Source: Acidimicrobiia bacterium (GTDB lineage Bacteria > Actinomycetota > Acidimicrobiia > UBA2766). From it: 64,000 bases of DNA. Positions within the stretch are counted from its first letter, which is position 1. Every line of letters begins with the position of its first letter. The notes under the pieces were generated by a model. The model had not been told where the DNA came from and did not search any database. It saw only the letters and a program-made list of their open reading frames with translations. The stretch is taken from the NCBI GenBank assembly GCA_038904395.1, contig JBCKKC010000003.1:1856-65855 (forward strand), written 5' to 3'. Below are positions 34,543 to 43,363 of this stretch, piece after piece. Made by a program: the position numbers and the translations under genes.

Positions 34543-35181
34543 TCATTGCGCTGCCTCCTTGGGGCCGGTAGTGACAAGCGGGGGTCGATCAGGCGCCACT
34601 ATTGGAGCTGATTCCGGAGAGGGAGAGCCGCTTCTCGCTTGGACGTGCTCAGGATCATCGCGTCGGGCCAAAACCACTGCCCCAATCAGTGCCGCTAGCA
34701 GAACGAGCGAGATCGCCTCGAAAGGCAGCACCCAACGGGCGAACAAGTCCTCACCAATTTGGGCAGCCGTTGTTGGCTTAAGCCCAACGGGACCTTCGAG
34801 AAATATTTCGGCGCCATCAAAAACCGTGACAAAAGCTGCTACCAAGAGCGCCAAGATTGCAAGGGCCACGATCCCACCAAATATTCGCTGTGAGGGCTTG
34901 CTGTCGAGACGGGTCTCGGGGTCATCCGGATTGGCAACCGTCTGAGCCTTGGTGAGCATCACACCAAACATGAACAGCACCACGATGGCCCCGATGTAGA
35001 CAAGCACCTGAGTCCAGCCGACAAACTCTGCACCCAAGAGAATAAATATTGCGGCCGTTCCCGCCAAGACCAGCAGGAGATAGAGCGCTGCATGCACAAC
35101 ATTGCCTACCGTGACCAGACGCACTCCGGCGAAGAGCATCACGACAGCAATGACAGCAAATGCGATATTGGGAGCAAGCAT
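34543..35181 (-). CDS. nuoJ: NADH-quinone oxidoreductase subunit J (operon 1)
   Basis: 212-aa membrane subunit in the conserved I-J-K order. Paralogous to 51407..52204. Confidence 0.88.
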   Translation of the reverse strand: MLAPNIAFAVIAVVMLFAGVRLVTVGNVVHAALYLLLVLAGTAAIFILLGAEFVGWTQVLVYIGAIVVLFMFGVMLTKAQTVANPDDPETRLDSKPSQRIFGGIVALAILALLVAAFVTVFDGAEIFLEGPVGLKPTTAAQIGEDLFARWVLPFEAISLVLLAALIGAVVLARRDDPEHVQARSGSPSPESAPIVAPDRPPLVTTGPKEAAQ

Positions 35182-35769
35182 CTACTTGGGCGCCTTCATA
35201 GTCGAACCAGCTTCGTAGGCCGGTAGTTTCGGTTTAGTCGAGTCCCACTCGCCGAGACGGTCTTTGTCATGCAACAAATCGGAAATGCCAAGCTCGCTGT
35301 ACTCGTATTCGGGTGACCAGTGCAAGGCATCGAACGGACACACGTCAACGCAAATGCCACAGTACATGCACAGGGCATAGTCGATGTCGAAACGGTTGAG
35401 AATGTTCACTTGGCGAGGCTTGCCCCCCTCATGGCGAGGCGGCCGCTTCTCTTGATGACCTTCGATGTAGATACACCAGTCCGGGCATTCGCGGGCACAC
35501 AACATGCACACCGTACAGTTTTCCTCTTGAAGTCCAATTACCCCTCTTGCCCGGGGGTGAGGAGTCTCCTTGACGTGAGGATATTGGACAACCTGAGACC
35601 GTGACAGCATTGTGCGAAGCGTAACCCAGAGGCCGGTAAAGAGTCCTTTGATGCGGGCGGGATGAGCCGGGGATCCATATTTAAGAGTCTTGTTTGATGC
35701 CCCCGTCCCCTCATGGGGCTCGGATTCCGCCCCGGGGGCGCCTTGCTCCAGATCTTGTGCTTGAGTCAT
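35182..35769 (-). CDS. nuoI: NADH-quinone oxidoreductase subunit I (operon 1)
   Basis: Two 4Fe-4S ferredoxin motifs, [12 protein letters not shown] and [12 protein letters not shown]. Confidence 0.92.
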   Translation of the reverse strand: MTQAQDLEQGAPGAESEPHEGTGASNKTLKYGSPAHPARIKGLFTGLWVTLRTMLSRSQVVQYPHVKETPHPRARGVIGLQEENCTVCMLCARECPDWCIYIEGHQEKRPPRHEGGKPRQVNILNRFDIDYALCMYCGICVDVCPFDALHWSPEYEYSELGISDLLHDKDRLGEWDSTKPKLPAYEAGSTMKAPK

Positions 35770-36771
35770 CTAAACAGTCACCACTTTGAATACACCTGTC
35801 AAGGCAATGTTTACGAGAGAAAGGGGAATCAGATACATCCAAGCAAAGCGCTGTAGCTGGTCCTCACGCAGGCGTGGATACGTAGAGCGCAGCCACAGAA
35901 AGATGAATACGAGCAGGGCGATCTTCACGGCCAAGACAAATGGGCCGATGTACTTGAGCATCTCGGGCGAGACAAACGGAATCCAATAGCCGCCGAGAAA
36001 GAGAGTCGCAGCAATTGCTGCTAAGGCAAAGTTGGACGCAAACTCGGCCATGAAGAAGAACAAGTAACGGAAACCGCTGTACTCGGTAGCGAAACCACTG
36101 ACAAGCTCGGATTCAGCAAAGGGCATGTCGAACGGGGCCTGGGCCAGTTCGGCCTGGCAAGCGACTATGAAGATGACAAAGCCCAATATTTGGGGCACGA
36201 AGTAAGGGACAACAATCCCCGTACCAAAGAGTTCAAACTGGGACTGGGCACTGACGATTCCCTGCAACGACATCGTGCCTGCTTGCATCACAACCCCGAC
36301 CACCGCCAGAACGAGAGGCAACTCGTAGGCGATAAGCTGTCCGGCGGCCCGGAACCCGCCAATCAACGAATACTTGTTGGCCGACGACCAACCAGCCATC
36401 AACACACCAATCGCCCCAATCGAACTCACGGCGAGGAAGACAAAGATCTGGCTATCGAGATTAACGACCTCCAGCACAGGCGAAAACGGAATCGTAATAA
36501 ACACCAACACGACAGACATGAGCACAACCCCGGGAGCCAGCGCAAACACCCAACGATCGGCATTCGTAGGGATGATGTCTTCCTTCTGGATGAACTTGAG
36601 GCCATCAGCCAACAGCTGAGCCCATCCATGGAAACGCCCAGCCTCCATTGGTCCCAGCCGGCTCTGCATGTGAGCCAAAATCTTGAGAAAGGCAAAGCCC
36701 GTAATCATGGCCGATACCGGCACCAAGACTGCGATGACAAGAATCTTTATGAGCAGCGCTACCCAGTCCAT
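35770..36771 (-). CDS. nuoH: NADH-quinone oxidoreductase subunit H (operon 1)
   Basis: 333-aa polytopic protein with GWSSANKYSLIGGFRAAGQLIAYE and PFDMPFAESELVSGF. Confidence 0.92.
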   Translation of the reverse strand: MDWVALLIKILVIAVLVPVSAMITGFAFLKILAHMQSRLGPMEAGRFHGWAQLLADGLKFIQKEDIIPTNADRWVFALAPGVVLMSVVLVFITIPFSPVLEVVNLDSQIFVFLAVSSIGAIGVLMAGWSSANKYSLIGGFRAAGQLIAYELPLVLAVVGVVMQAGTMSLQGIVSAQSQFELFGTGIVVPYFVPQILGFVIFIVACQAELAQAPFDMPFAESELVSGFATEYSGFRYLFFFMAEFASNFALAAIAATLFLGGYWIPFVSPEMLKYIGPFVLAVKIALLVFIFLWLRSTYPRLREDQLQRFAWMYLIPLSLVNIALTGVFKVVTV

Positions 36772-37946
36772 CAGCGATCCACGTCTCCCAGGATGAAGTA
36801 GAGGCTGCCGAGGATGGCGATGAGGTCGGGCACGAACGCATCCTGAAGCAACCAGGGCAAAACGCTCACGTTGGAAAAGCTAGCAGTGCGAATCTTGACC
36901 CGATACGGGATGCGCCCACCGCGAGACACGATGTAATAGCCCATCTCACCGAGCGGGTTCTCACCCCGAGAGTAGATCTCGCCGGGCGGAATCTGGATAA
37001 TCCGAGGCACCTTCGCCATGACTGGCCCCGACGGAAGCTTGTCAACGCACTGGAAAATGATCCGGCATGACTGGCGAATTTCCTCGAGACGGCACCAGGC
37101 CCTGGCATAGCAGTCGCCTCTTGTATCGGTGACGACATCAAAATCGAGCTCGTCATAGACGAGATAGGGCTGGTCTCTTCTCACATCGGCCGTTGATCCC
37201 GACGCACGAATGTTGGCACCTGAGACCCCGAACTCCAGGCCCTTTTCGAGCGGGATCACACCAATACCCATCGTGCGTTGCTGGAAGATGTCATTACCGA
37301 AGAGCAGCATCTCGACATCATCACACAGCCTCAAGACAACATCGAGGGCCGAGCGAGTCTCATCGATGAAACCCGCCGGCAGGTCGTCCTTCGTTCCGCC
37401 GACACGATTGAAGTTCGGGTGGAAGCGACCGCCCGTGACCGACTCGATCAGGTCAAGGATCCGCTCACGATCACGGAACGTGTGAAAGATCGGTGTGAGC
37501 GCGCCCAGTTCGATGCCGAATCCACCAATGAAAACGAGGAAGGTCGAAATACGAGCCATCTCGCTCAAGATCGTACGGATGTATTGCGCTCGGGGTGGCG
37601 CCTCCACTCCCAAAAGCTTCTCTGCACCAAGCACGAATGGGATCTCATTGGCATATCCGGATAGCCAGTCAATCCGATTCACGATCGTCGTGACTTGCGG
37701 ATAGGTACGAACTTCGCACAGCTTCTCATAGCCCCTGTGCATATAACCCAACACTGGGGTCACGCTAGTAACTCGTTCACCATCGACTTTGGCAACGAGA
37801 CGAAACACGCCGTGAGTCGAAGGGTGCTGAGGCCCGATGTTGAGCGTCATATCTTCGGTCTGAAGTTCAACGGCGACCATAGCGTCGGCCATGTGAGCAG
37901 CAGCTCTGGCCTGGTCCATCATGTCGGCTTGTCTCGTTGCAGTCAC
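36771..37946 (-). CDS. nuoD: NADH-quinone oxidoreductase subunit D (operon 1)
   Basis: NIGPQHPSTHGVFRL near the N-terminus and ILGDVDR at the C-terminus. Confidence 0.92.
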   Translation of the reverse strand: MTATRQADMMDQARAAAHMADAMVAVELQTEDMTLNIGPQHPSTHGVFRLVAKVDGERVTSVTPVLGYMHRGYEKLCEVRTYPQVTTIVNRIDWLSGYANEIPFVLGAEKLLGVEAPPRAQYIRTILSEMARISTFLVFIGGFGIELGALTPIFHTFRDRERILDLIESVTGGRFHPNFNRVGGTKDDLPAGFIDETRSALDVVLRLCDDVEMLLFGNDIFQQRTMGIGVIPLEKGLEFGVSGANIRASGSTADVRRDQPYLVYDELDFDVVTDTRGDCYARAWCRLEEIRQSCRIIFQCVDKLPSGPVMAKVPRIIQIPPGEIYSRGENPLGEMGYYIVSRGGRIPYRVKIRTASFSNVSVLPWLLQDAFVPDLIAILGSLYFILGDVDR

Positions 37947-38686
37947 TTGTCGCCACCCCCGGGAGCTTTGGCGTCACCAGAGTCGCCCTCAGCAGGAGCC
38001 GCATCGGCAAGCTCCACCACGTTGCCATCATCATCAAGCACAGGCGTGTCGTCGGGCATGTCTTCCACGTCAACAGCACCAGGCCACGGCTTCACGAGCC
38101 GCGCCCCTAGCTTGAAACTTTTGCGAAGGGGAAAGCCCTCAAACTCGTCGGGAAGATACAACTTCACAGGGTTCGGATGGCCAACCACCTCGATGCCAAA
38201 CATCTCCATCAGCTCACGTTCGTGCCAGTCGGCCCCACCAAAAACAGGAATCAACGTATCGATTTGGGCCTGCATCTTATCGAGATTTGTCTTTACTGTC
38301 ACGCTGTGAGCGAACTGAGTTGAATAGAACCGGGCAAACACTTGGAAGAATTCTCCGGTGGGCGATACGTAGTCGCCGCTTTTGGCATTCTGGGCCTTTG
38401 GAGCCTTAGGGGGTGCGGGCTTTGCGGTGTCATCAGCATCATCACTATCAGCATCGGCGGCCGGGTCGTCACCGTCGTCACTCCAGTCGATGGCCGAGAC
38501 AAACCCAAGAAAATCACAATGTATCTTGGGGGCTTCTCTGGCAAAGCGTGCTGCCTTCACCCAGGCGCTGGGCTCGACGGTCACGCACGCTTCTCCAAAA
38601 GCGATGGCCGAATCCACAACAGCAGAGCCAAAACTGACCCGATAGCCCTCGATGATTGTTTCAGGCGCGAGTGCCAATGGGCTCAC
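37943..38686 (-). CDS. nuoC: NADH-quinone oxidoreductase subunit C (operon 1) with acidic insertion
   Basis: The NuoC core ([18 protein letters not shown]...LRKSF) is interrupted by [17 protein letters not shown]. Position between nuoB and nuoD. Confidence 0.85.
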   Translation of the reverse strand: MSPLALAPETIIEGYRVSFGSAVVDSAIAFGEACVTVEPSAWVKAARFAREAPKIHCDFLGFVSAIDWSDDGDDPAADADSDDADDTAKPAPPKAPKAQNAKSGDYVSPTGEFFQVFARFYSTQFAHSVTVKTNLDKMQAQIDTLIPVFGGADWHERELMEMFGIEVVGHPNPVKLYLPDEFEGFPLRKSFKLGARLVKPWPGAVDVEDMPDDTPVLDDDGNVVELADAAPAEGDSGDAKAPGGGDK

Positions 38687-39176
38687 CCCGCCATTTTTCT
38701 TGGATGTTCTCGCCCTGGATCATCTTTTGTAATTCCAAAATGCCCTGCATGAGCGCCTCGGGCCTGGGCGGGCATCCGGGCACATAAACATCAACATGCA
38801 AGATCTGGTCGACACCCTTGGTTACCGAATATGAGTCCCAATAGGGGCCACCACAGTTCGAGCAAGAGCCCATCGAGATTACATACTTAGGCTCGGGCAT
38901 CTGCTCATAGATGCGTTTCACCGACGGGGTCATCTTGTCGGTGAGCGTGCCAGCAACAACCATCAGGTCGGCCTGGCGGGGCGATGACGGCAACGGCACA
39001 ATTCCGAATCGCATCACGTCGTAGCGGGGACTCGTGATAGCTGCACCCATCTCGATGGCACAACAGGCCAGCCCGAACTGGAACATCCACAGCGAATATT
39101 TGCGGCTCCAATTGAGCAGCCAAGCAATCGGCTTCGTTGGGCCCTTGTTCAGATTCACCCTTTCAAGCAGCGTCAT
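38661..39176 (-). CDS. nuoB: NADH-quinone oxidoreductase subunit B (operon 1)
   Basis: [21 protein letters not shown] and [11 protein letters not shown] are the N2 cluster ligand motifs. Confidence 0.93.
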   Translation of the reverse strand: MTLLERVNLNKGPTKPIAWLLNWSRKYSLWMFQFGLACCAIEMGAAITSPRYDVMRFGIVPLPSSPRQADLMVVAGTLTDKMTPSVKRIYEQMPEPKYVISMGSCSNCGGPYWDSYSVTKGVDQILHVDVYVPGCPPRPEALMQGILELQKMIQGENIQEKWRGEPIGTRA

Positions 39177-39198
39177 AACCCACCCGACAAGCCTTCAA

Positions 39199-39564
39199 CT
39201 AAAGCCACTGCAAAACTCCCTTACGAATCGCATACAACAAAGACACTGCCAAGATGGCAACAAAGACCAACATTTCAACCAGGCCGGCAACACCCAACCC
39301 GCCCATGACAGTGGCCCAAGGGAAAATGAAGACGGCCTCAACGTCAAAGATCACGAACAGCAACGCAAAAATGTAATAGCGCACGTTTTGCTGCGACCAG
39401 CCATCACCGACCGGATCAACACCACACTCATAGGTCATCAACTTAGTGGCGGTCTGTCGCCTCGGCTGAACAACCCGCGCCATAGCCAACATTGCCCCAA
39501 ATAAGGCCAAACCAAGCCCGCCAAAGCAAGCAACCGTTAGGTATGAAGCGTAATAGTCTGACAA
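39199..39564 (-). CDS. nuoA: NADH-quinone oxidoreductase subunit A (operon 1)
   Basis: 121-aa three-TM protein with YECG and FVIFDVEAVFIFPWA. Confidence 0.9.
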   Translation of the reverse strand: MSDYYASYLTVACFGGLGLALFGAMLAMARVVQPRRQTATKLMTYECGVDPVGDGWSQQNVRYYIFALLFVIFDVEAVFIFPWATVMGGLGVAGLVEMLVFVAILAVSLLYAIRKGVLQWL

Positions 39565-39647
39565 AAACCCAAGCCTCTCTCAAATGAGCAGCGGTGCGGC
39601 GCTCGCAATCTTAACCTGGCGCAGCTGTCTGTGACAAATTTCCCTCC

Positions 39648-39810
39648 CGTCATTGCGAGCCCTGGGCTTTGACAGGGCGTGGCAATCCAGGCATTAAACA
39701 TTTGCTAGCGCAGCGAGCAATTCGCAATGGGCTTAGCGTGTGTGGGTTTTCAGGGCTTTCGGACACGTACGCTGTGGGCTGTGGGCTGTTAGGGATTGTT
39801 TCGCTCGGCC
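39648..39810. repeat. MITE/BIME-like repeat copy R4 (partial/degenerate) upstream of nuoA1
   Basis: Intact A arm cgtcattgcgagccctgggctttgacagggcgtggcaatccagg, plus gcgcagcgagcaattcgcaatgg. The right arm is degenerate (agggattgtttcgctcggcc). Confidence 0.65.
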
Positions 39811-39888
39811 CACCATCCCATAACGCTCAGCACAACTCGAGACACTATACTACTGGTATTACTACTCAGAGCAACGTGAGAGGTACTC

Positions 39889-40182
39889 ATGCCGGTCGTC
39901 AAGACATCCCTGTCTATTGAAGAAGAATTGTTGAATGAGGCTAAGGCGATCTCTGGGCCCAGGGGCGTCTCTTCACTAGTGTCCGATAGCTTGCGGCGCG
40001 AGATTCAACGCCGCCGATTGCTCACGACGTTGGACGAGATGCTTGCCGAAAATCCCCCCACCTTGGAAGAACTACAACGGGCCCGCAAAGCCGTGCAGTC
40101 CGTGGTTGCTTACACTGATGAAGAGATGCAAGAGTCTCTTCCCGATTCACTGGCCCGGGATTCCGATCAGGCCTCGGCATAG
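39889..40182 (+). CDS. vapB: Type II antitoxin, RHH/VapB-like
   Basis: The 97-aa N-terminus MPVVKTSLSIEEELLNEAKAISG is an RHH-type strand-helix. It sits immediately upstream (3-nt gap) of a PIN-domain gene. Confidence 0.75.
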   Translation: MPVVKTSLSIEEELLNEAKAISGPRGVSSLVSDSLRREIQRRRLLTTLDEMLAENPPTLEELQRARKAVQSVVAYTDEEMQESLPDSLARDSDQASA

Positions 40183-40185
40183 CCA

Positions 40186-40617
40186 ATGGCTCGCAACGCG
40201 AAAAGGCAATCGCTAAACGAAGCTGGCACTCTGGTTCTCGATTCCGGCGGACTTTCACACGTAGCCAATGACAGAGAAACTGCCGCAATCATGCGCGCTT
40301 TCATCGACAAGGGATGGCATGTCGTAACTGCTGCTCCCGTTTTGACGGAGTCGCTTCGGGGCGACCACCACGATGCGAAAGTCGACAGGATTCTCTCAGC
40401 GCGAGTGGAAGTAGTCCCCTGCGACGAAGACCTGGCAAGATCGTCTGCACCCATCCGAACACAAGCCCTCCGCTCAGCCCACCCATCGGCAACTGACGCA
40501 ATCGTTGCCACGCTCGCAATTCAAGCTCGGCCATCTGCGGTGATACTAACCAGCGACTATGACGACCTCTCTGCCCTAACCGATGGCCAAGACCACGTGC
40601 GAATTCTCCGGGTCTGA
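40186..40617 (+). CDS. vapC: PIN-domain toxin (VapC-like)
   Basis: The acidic residues are spaced as in PIN domains: LVLDSGG, LTESLRG, ATDAIVATLA and LTSDYDDL. Confidence 0.75.
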   Translation: MARNAKRQSLNEAGTLVLDSGGLSHVANDRETAAIMRAFIDKGWHVVTAAPVLTESLRGDHHDAKVDRILSARVEVVPCDEDLARSSAPIRTQALRSAHPSATDAIVATLAIQARPSAVILTSDYDDLSALTDGQDHVRILRV

Positions 40618-40709
40618 CACTGGCGTCCGGGCCCCTCCTCCCTCCCTGAGCCGCCCCCGATTCTGTCAGAAATTTCACCCGCTCTAGCGGAATGGTCGGG
40701 CAAGATAAC

Positions 40710-40736
40710 TTGACTTATTATAACTTGTGTTATAAT
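40710..40736 (+). promoter_or_regulatory. Sigma-70-like promoter for a probably leaderless transcript of the ATPase gene
   Basis: TTGACT (40710-40715), a 15-bp spacer, TATAAT (40731-40736), then 7 nt to the ATG at 40744, with no SD. The spacer contains the palindrome ttataac-ttgt-gttataa. Confidence 0.45.
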
Positions 40737-40743
40737 TCCGTCC

Positions 40744-42198
40744 ATGACTGAACTTACGAAGCCTTCGCATCTATTTGATCGAGACGCCGAATGGGACGAA
40801 GTTGCATCATACGCGACGAACAAAACGCTCGGCGCCACCTTGGCATTGGTATACGGCCGTCGCCGTCAAGGCAAAACGCTGCTCCTCGATTCGCTGGCCG
40901 ACGCTACGGGCGGATTCTACTTCACGGGCCTCGAGCAATCGCCTCGCCAGAATCTCATCGCACTTGGCGAAACCTACGCACGCTACCTTGAGTTGGGTTC
41001 GCCCGTACAGTTCCCCAGCTGGGAACGTGCTTTGGACGATCTCCTCGCCCTAGGCGAACACAGCGAACCTGTCTTGATCGTCTTAGACGAATTCCCCTAC
41101 CTTGCGCGAGATACTCCGGCCCTTCCGTCTCTCCTCCAGAAGGCTTTGAAGCCTCGGGGCCGAGCTCGCAGCAAATCGATGGCGAGGCTGATCCTGTGCG
41201 GCTCGATGTTCTCGGTAATGCGCCAGCTGGTGAGCGGCACTGCCCCACTCCGAGGGCGTCTAGTCCGTGAGATCGTTTTGCAGCCATTCAACTATCGAGA
41301 ATCGGCAACCTTTTGGGGAATTGAACACGATTGGGACCTGGCGTTTCGCCTACACGCGCTGTGCGGTGGCACGCCGGCCTATTTGGACTATTGCTTTGGT
41401 GACGTGCCAACGAAGAGCAAGGATTTCGACCGATGGGTCGTGCGGAATCTACTCAATCCGGCCAGTGCCTTTTTTCGAGAGGGACGCATTCTTCTCGCCG
41501 AAGAACCCAAGATCACCGATTTGGCTCTCTATTACTCGGTACTGACAGCGATCAGCTGGGGAAAGACACGTCGGGGCGAGATCGCATCTGTCCTGGGCCG
41601 TGAGCAGACAGCGATCGCCCATCCACTAGCAGTACTGGAAGAGGCACAACTCATCACCCGCAATCAGGATCCCTTGCGTGAGCGTCGCAGCAGCTATCGA
41701 ATTGCCGAGCCGCTGCTGCGCTTTTCCCAGTTAGTCATTCAACCTAACGAAGCTGATCTTGTTCGACGTGCAGGAGCTCCAGTGTGGAATGACTTACAGC
41801 CGCACGTCGCGTCGAAAATATTCGGACCCCATTTCGAACGCCTGGCCCGCGAGTGGACTGCCCAACACGCGACTGGAGACATCCTGGCCGATCGGCCCCA
41901 GCACGTTGGCACCAGCGAAATCAGTTGCAAAGAGCATCGATCCAAGTACGAACTCGATGTTGTCGCTACTCGAGATGGCCAAGTGCTCGCCCTCGGCGAG
42001 GCCAAGTGGACCAACAAGAAACTCGATATTAATCACCTCCACCGCTTGAAACACATACGAGACCTATTGGTGAATGCCAAGGATGCCCGGCTCCTGCTCT
42101 TTAGCCGCAGCGGCTTTACTGCGGACCTGCACGCGACCGCCGACCAAGCCGACGACGTCCACCTCGTAGACCTAGAGCGGCTGTATACCGGAGGCTGA
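40744..42198 (+). CDS. AAA-type ATPase (ATPase_2 / DUF234 architecture)
   Basis: FDRDAEWDEV...LALVYGRRRQGKTLLL is the Walker A and LIVLDEFPYL the Walker B. The C-terminal region has a wHTH-like segment and a DUF234-like tail (ELDVVAT...ALGEAKWT). Confidence 0.75.
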   Translation: MTELTKPSHLFDRDAEWDEVASYATNKTLGATLALVYGRRRQGKTLLLDSLADATGGFYFTGLEQSPRQNLIALGETYARYLELGSPVQFPSWERALDDLLALGEHSEPVLIVLDEFPYLARDTPALPSLLQKALKPRGRARSKSMARLILCGSMFSVMRQLVSGTAPLRGRLVREIVLQPFNYRESATFWGIEHDWDLAFRLHALCGGTPAYLDYCFGDVPTKSKDFDRWVVRNLLNPASAFFREGRILLAEEPKITDLALYYSVLTAISWGKTRRGEIASVLGREQTAIAHPLAVLEEAQLITRNQDPLRERRSSYRIAEPLLRFSQLVIQPNEADLVRRAGAPVWNDLQPHVASKIFGPHFERLAREWTAQHATGDILADRPQHVGTSEISCKEHRSKYELDVVATRDGQVLALGEAKWTNKKLDINHLHRLKHIRDLLVNAKDARLLLFSRSGFTADLHATADQADDVHLVDLERLYTGG

Positions 42199-42210
42199 TC
42201 ACATCAAATT

Positions 42211-42366
42211 TCATGCCAACAGGCGCTCGCAATTGTCCTGAATGCGTTGCAGATACGCAACGAATTGCGCCCTTTCTTCCGCCTGAAATCCGTCGAGGAT
42301 CATCTTTTCGCTCTGCTCGACAAGAGGCCACAATCTTGCGAGGAGCTCCTCACCAGAGGCGGTGAA
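42211..42366 (-). pseudogene. MarR-family C-terminal remnant (51 codons, no N-terminal part)
   Basis: The minus-strand translation FTASGEELLARLWPLVEQSEKMILDGFQAEERAQFVAYLQRIQDNCERLLA* looks like the last two helices of a MarR regulator. An in-frame stop lies immediately upstream. Confidence 0.4.
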
Positions 42367-42399
42367 TGTTCACTTGGACTCGCATGTGACTAAGTTTAG

Positions 42400-42663
42400 C
42401 TAACTAGCTCGCCCTTGGGTCAACTTGGCGCCTAAATCGTACGCGCCACGAGAAAACGCTTTTGGCATCCTTTTACCAGACCACTCGATCGAGCCATCAG
42501 CGTTGATTTTGTCGCCATCAGGGAAAGTCATGGTGCCGCCAGACTGCGCCGTTCCCATCCAGCCATTCGGTTTGGTGCTGCGACAGGCGGGTTGACCTGC
42601 AGTCATGGCAGAAGCGCCGAATCCCAAAGTTGCCAGGGAAGCGATCGCTAATAGCGCCAGCAT
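42400..42663 (-). CDS. Possible small secreted protein (uncertain start)
   Basis: The 87-aa ORF begins with a signal-like MLALLAIASLATLGFGASA. The upstream in-frame codons encode RRGIIG without a start codon, so the gene may be damaged or mis-started. Confidence 0.3.
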   Translation of the reverse strand: MLALLAIASLATLGFGASAMTAGQPACRSTKPNGWMGTAQSGGTMTFPDGDKINADGSIEWSGKRMPKAFSRGAYDLGAKLTQGRAS

Positions 42664-42716
42664 GCCGATGATGCCGCGGCGCAGAGTTCTCGGAGAACGC
42701 TCTCGGTAATTTTCTC

Positions 42717-43157
42717 TTGCGCAAGAACCGAACTAGCCACTACTCGAGTCTCGTGAAGGCAACAGGGCACGATTTGGAGCCCGCCACATACCCAGTTCTG
42801 AGCGGATTAGCAAGAGTAGGCCCGGCGACATCAGCACAACTAGGCAGAGAGATAGGCCTCGATCGCTCTGTCGTGAGCCGACATGCTGACAAGCTCACAG
42901 CAGCCGGACTTGTCAAACGAGTTCCGTCAAATTCTGATAAGCGAGCGACGACTCTCATGTTGACGAGAGCGGGCGAGTCAGCGGTTTCCAGTATGCGGAC
43001 TCGCCAGGCCGACCAAATCGCAGCAGAGCTAGCTAGCTGGAGCGATGAAGCAATGGAACGCTTCACGAAAGACTTGGAATTCCTGATCGGGAGCTTGTCA
43101 ATGAATCCACTGACTGACAGTGGCCCGGATCGAAACGATGTCGCACCTCCAACTTGA
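42717..43157 (+). CDS. MarR family transcriptional regulator
   Basis: The wHTH PVLSGLARVGPATSAQLGREIGLDRSVVSRHADKLTAAGLVKRVPSNSDKRATTLMLTRAGE is the canonical MarR core. Confidence 0.8.
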   Translation: MRKNRTSHYSSLVKATGHDLEPATYPVLSGLARVGPATSAQLGREIGLDRSVVSRHADKLTAAGLVKRVPSNSDKRATTLMLTRAGESAVSSMRTRQADQIAAELASWSDEAMERFTKDLEFLIGSLSMNPLTDSGPDRNDVAPPT

Positions 43158-43363
43158 AGCGCTGGAGTGCCGAGGTCGGAGCCGGCCCTCAGCGAAGGCG
43201 AGTGAACAAAATCGGACGACTGGCAACAAAAAGCTCATGTTTGGACCGGGACGGCCGATACTCATACTGTGTGCTGCGGACACGCAGGGGGCATGGATTG
43301 ACTACGATTTAAGACAGCCCCTGTATTCGCCGATGCAAAAGCCAGGGAATCGAGGAGTCTGGC

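Noticed and set aside
34532-34945. ORFs 34532..34945 and 52422..52610, which start at the element-terminal ATGGTTAC, as real antisense genes
   Set aside because: They are entirely antisense to nuoJ1 and nuoI2 and have low-complexity products. They are reported only as a consequence of the repeat terminus, not as genes.
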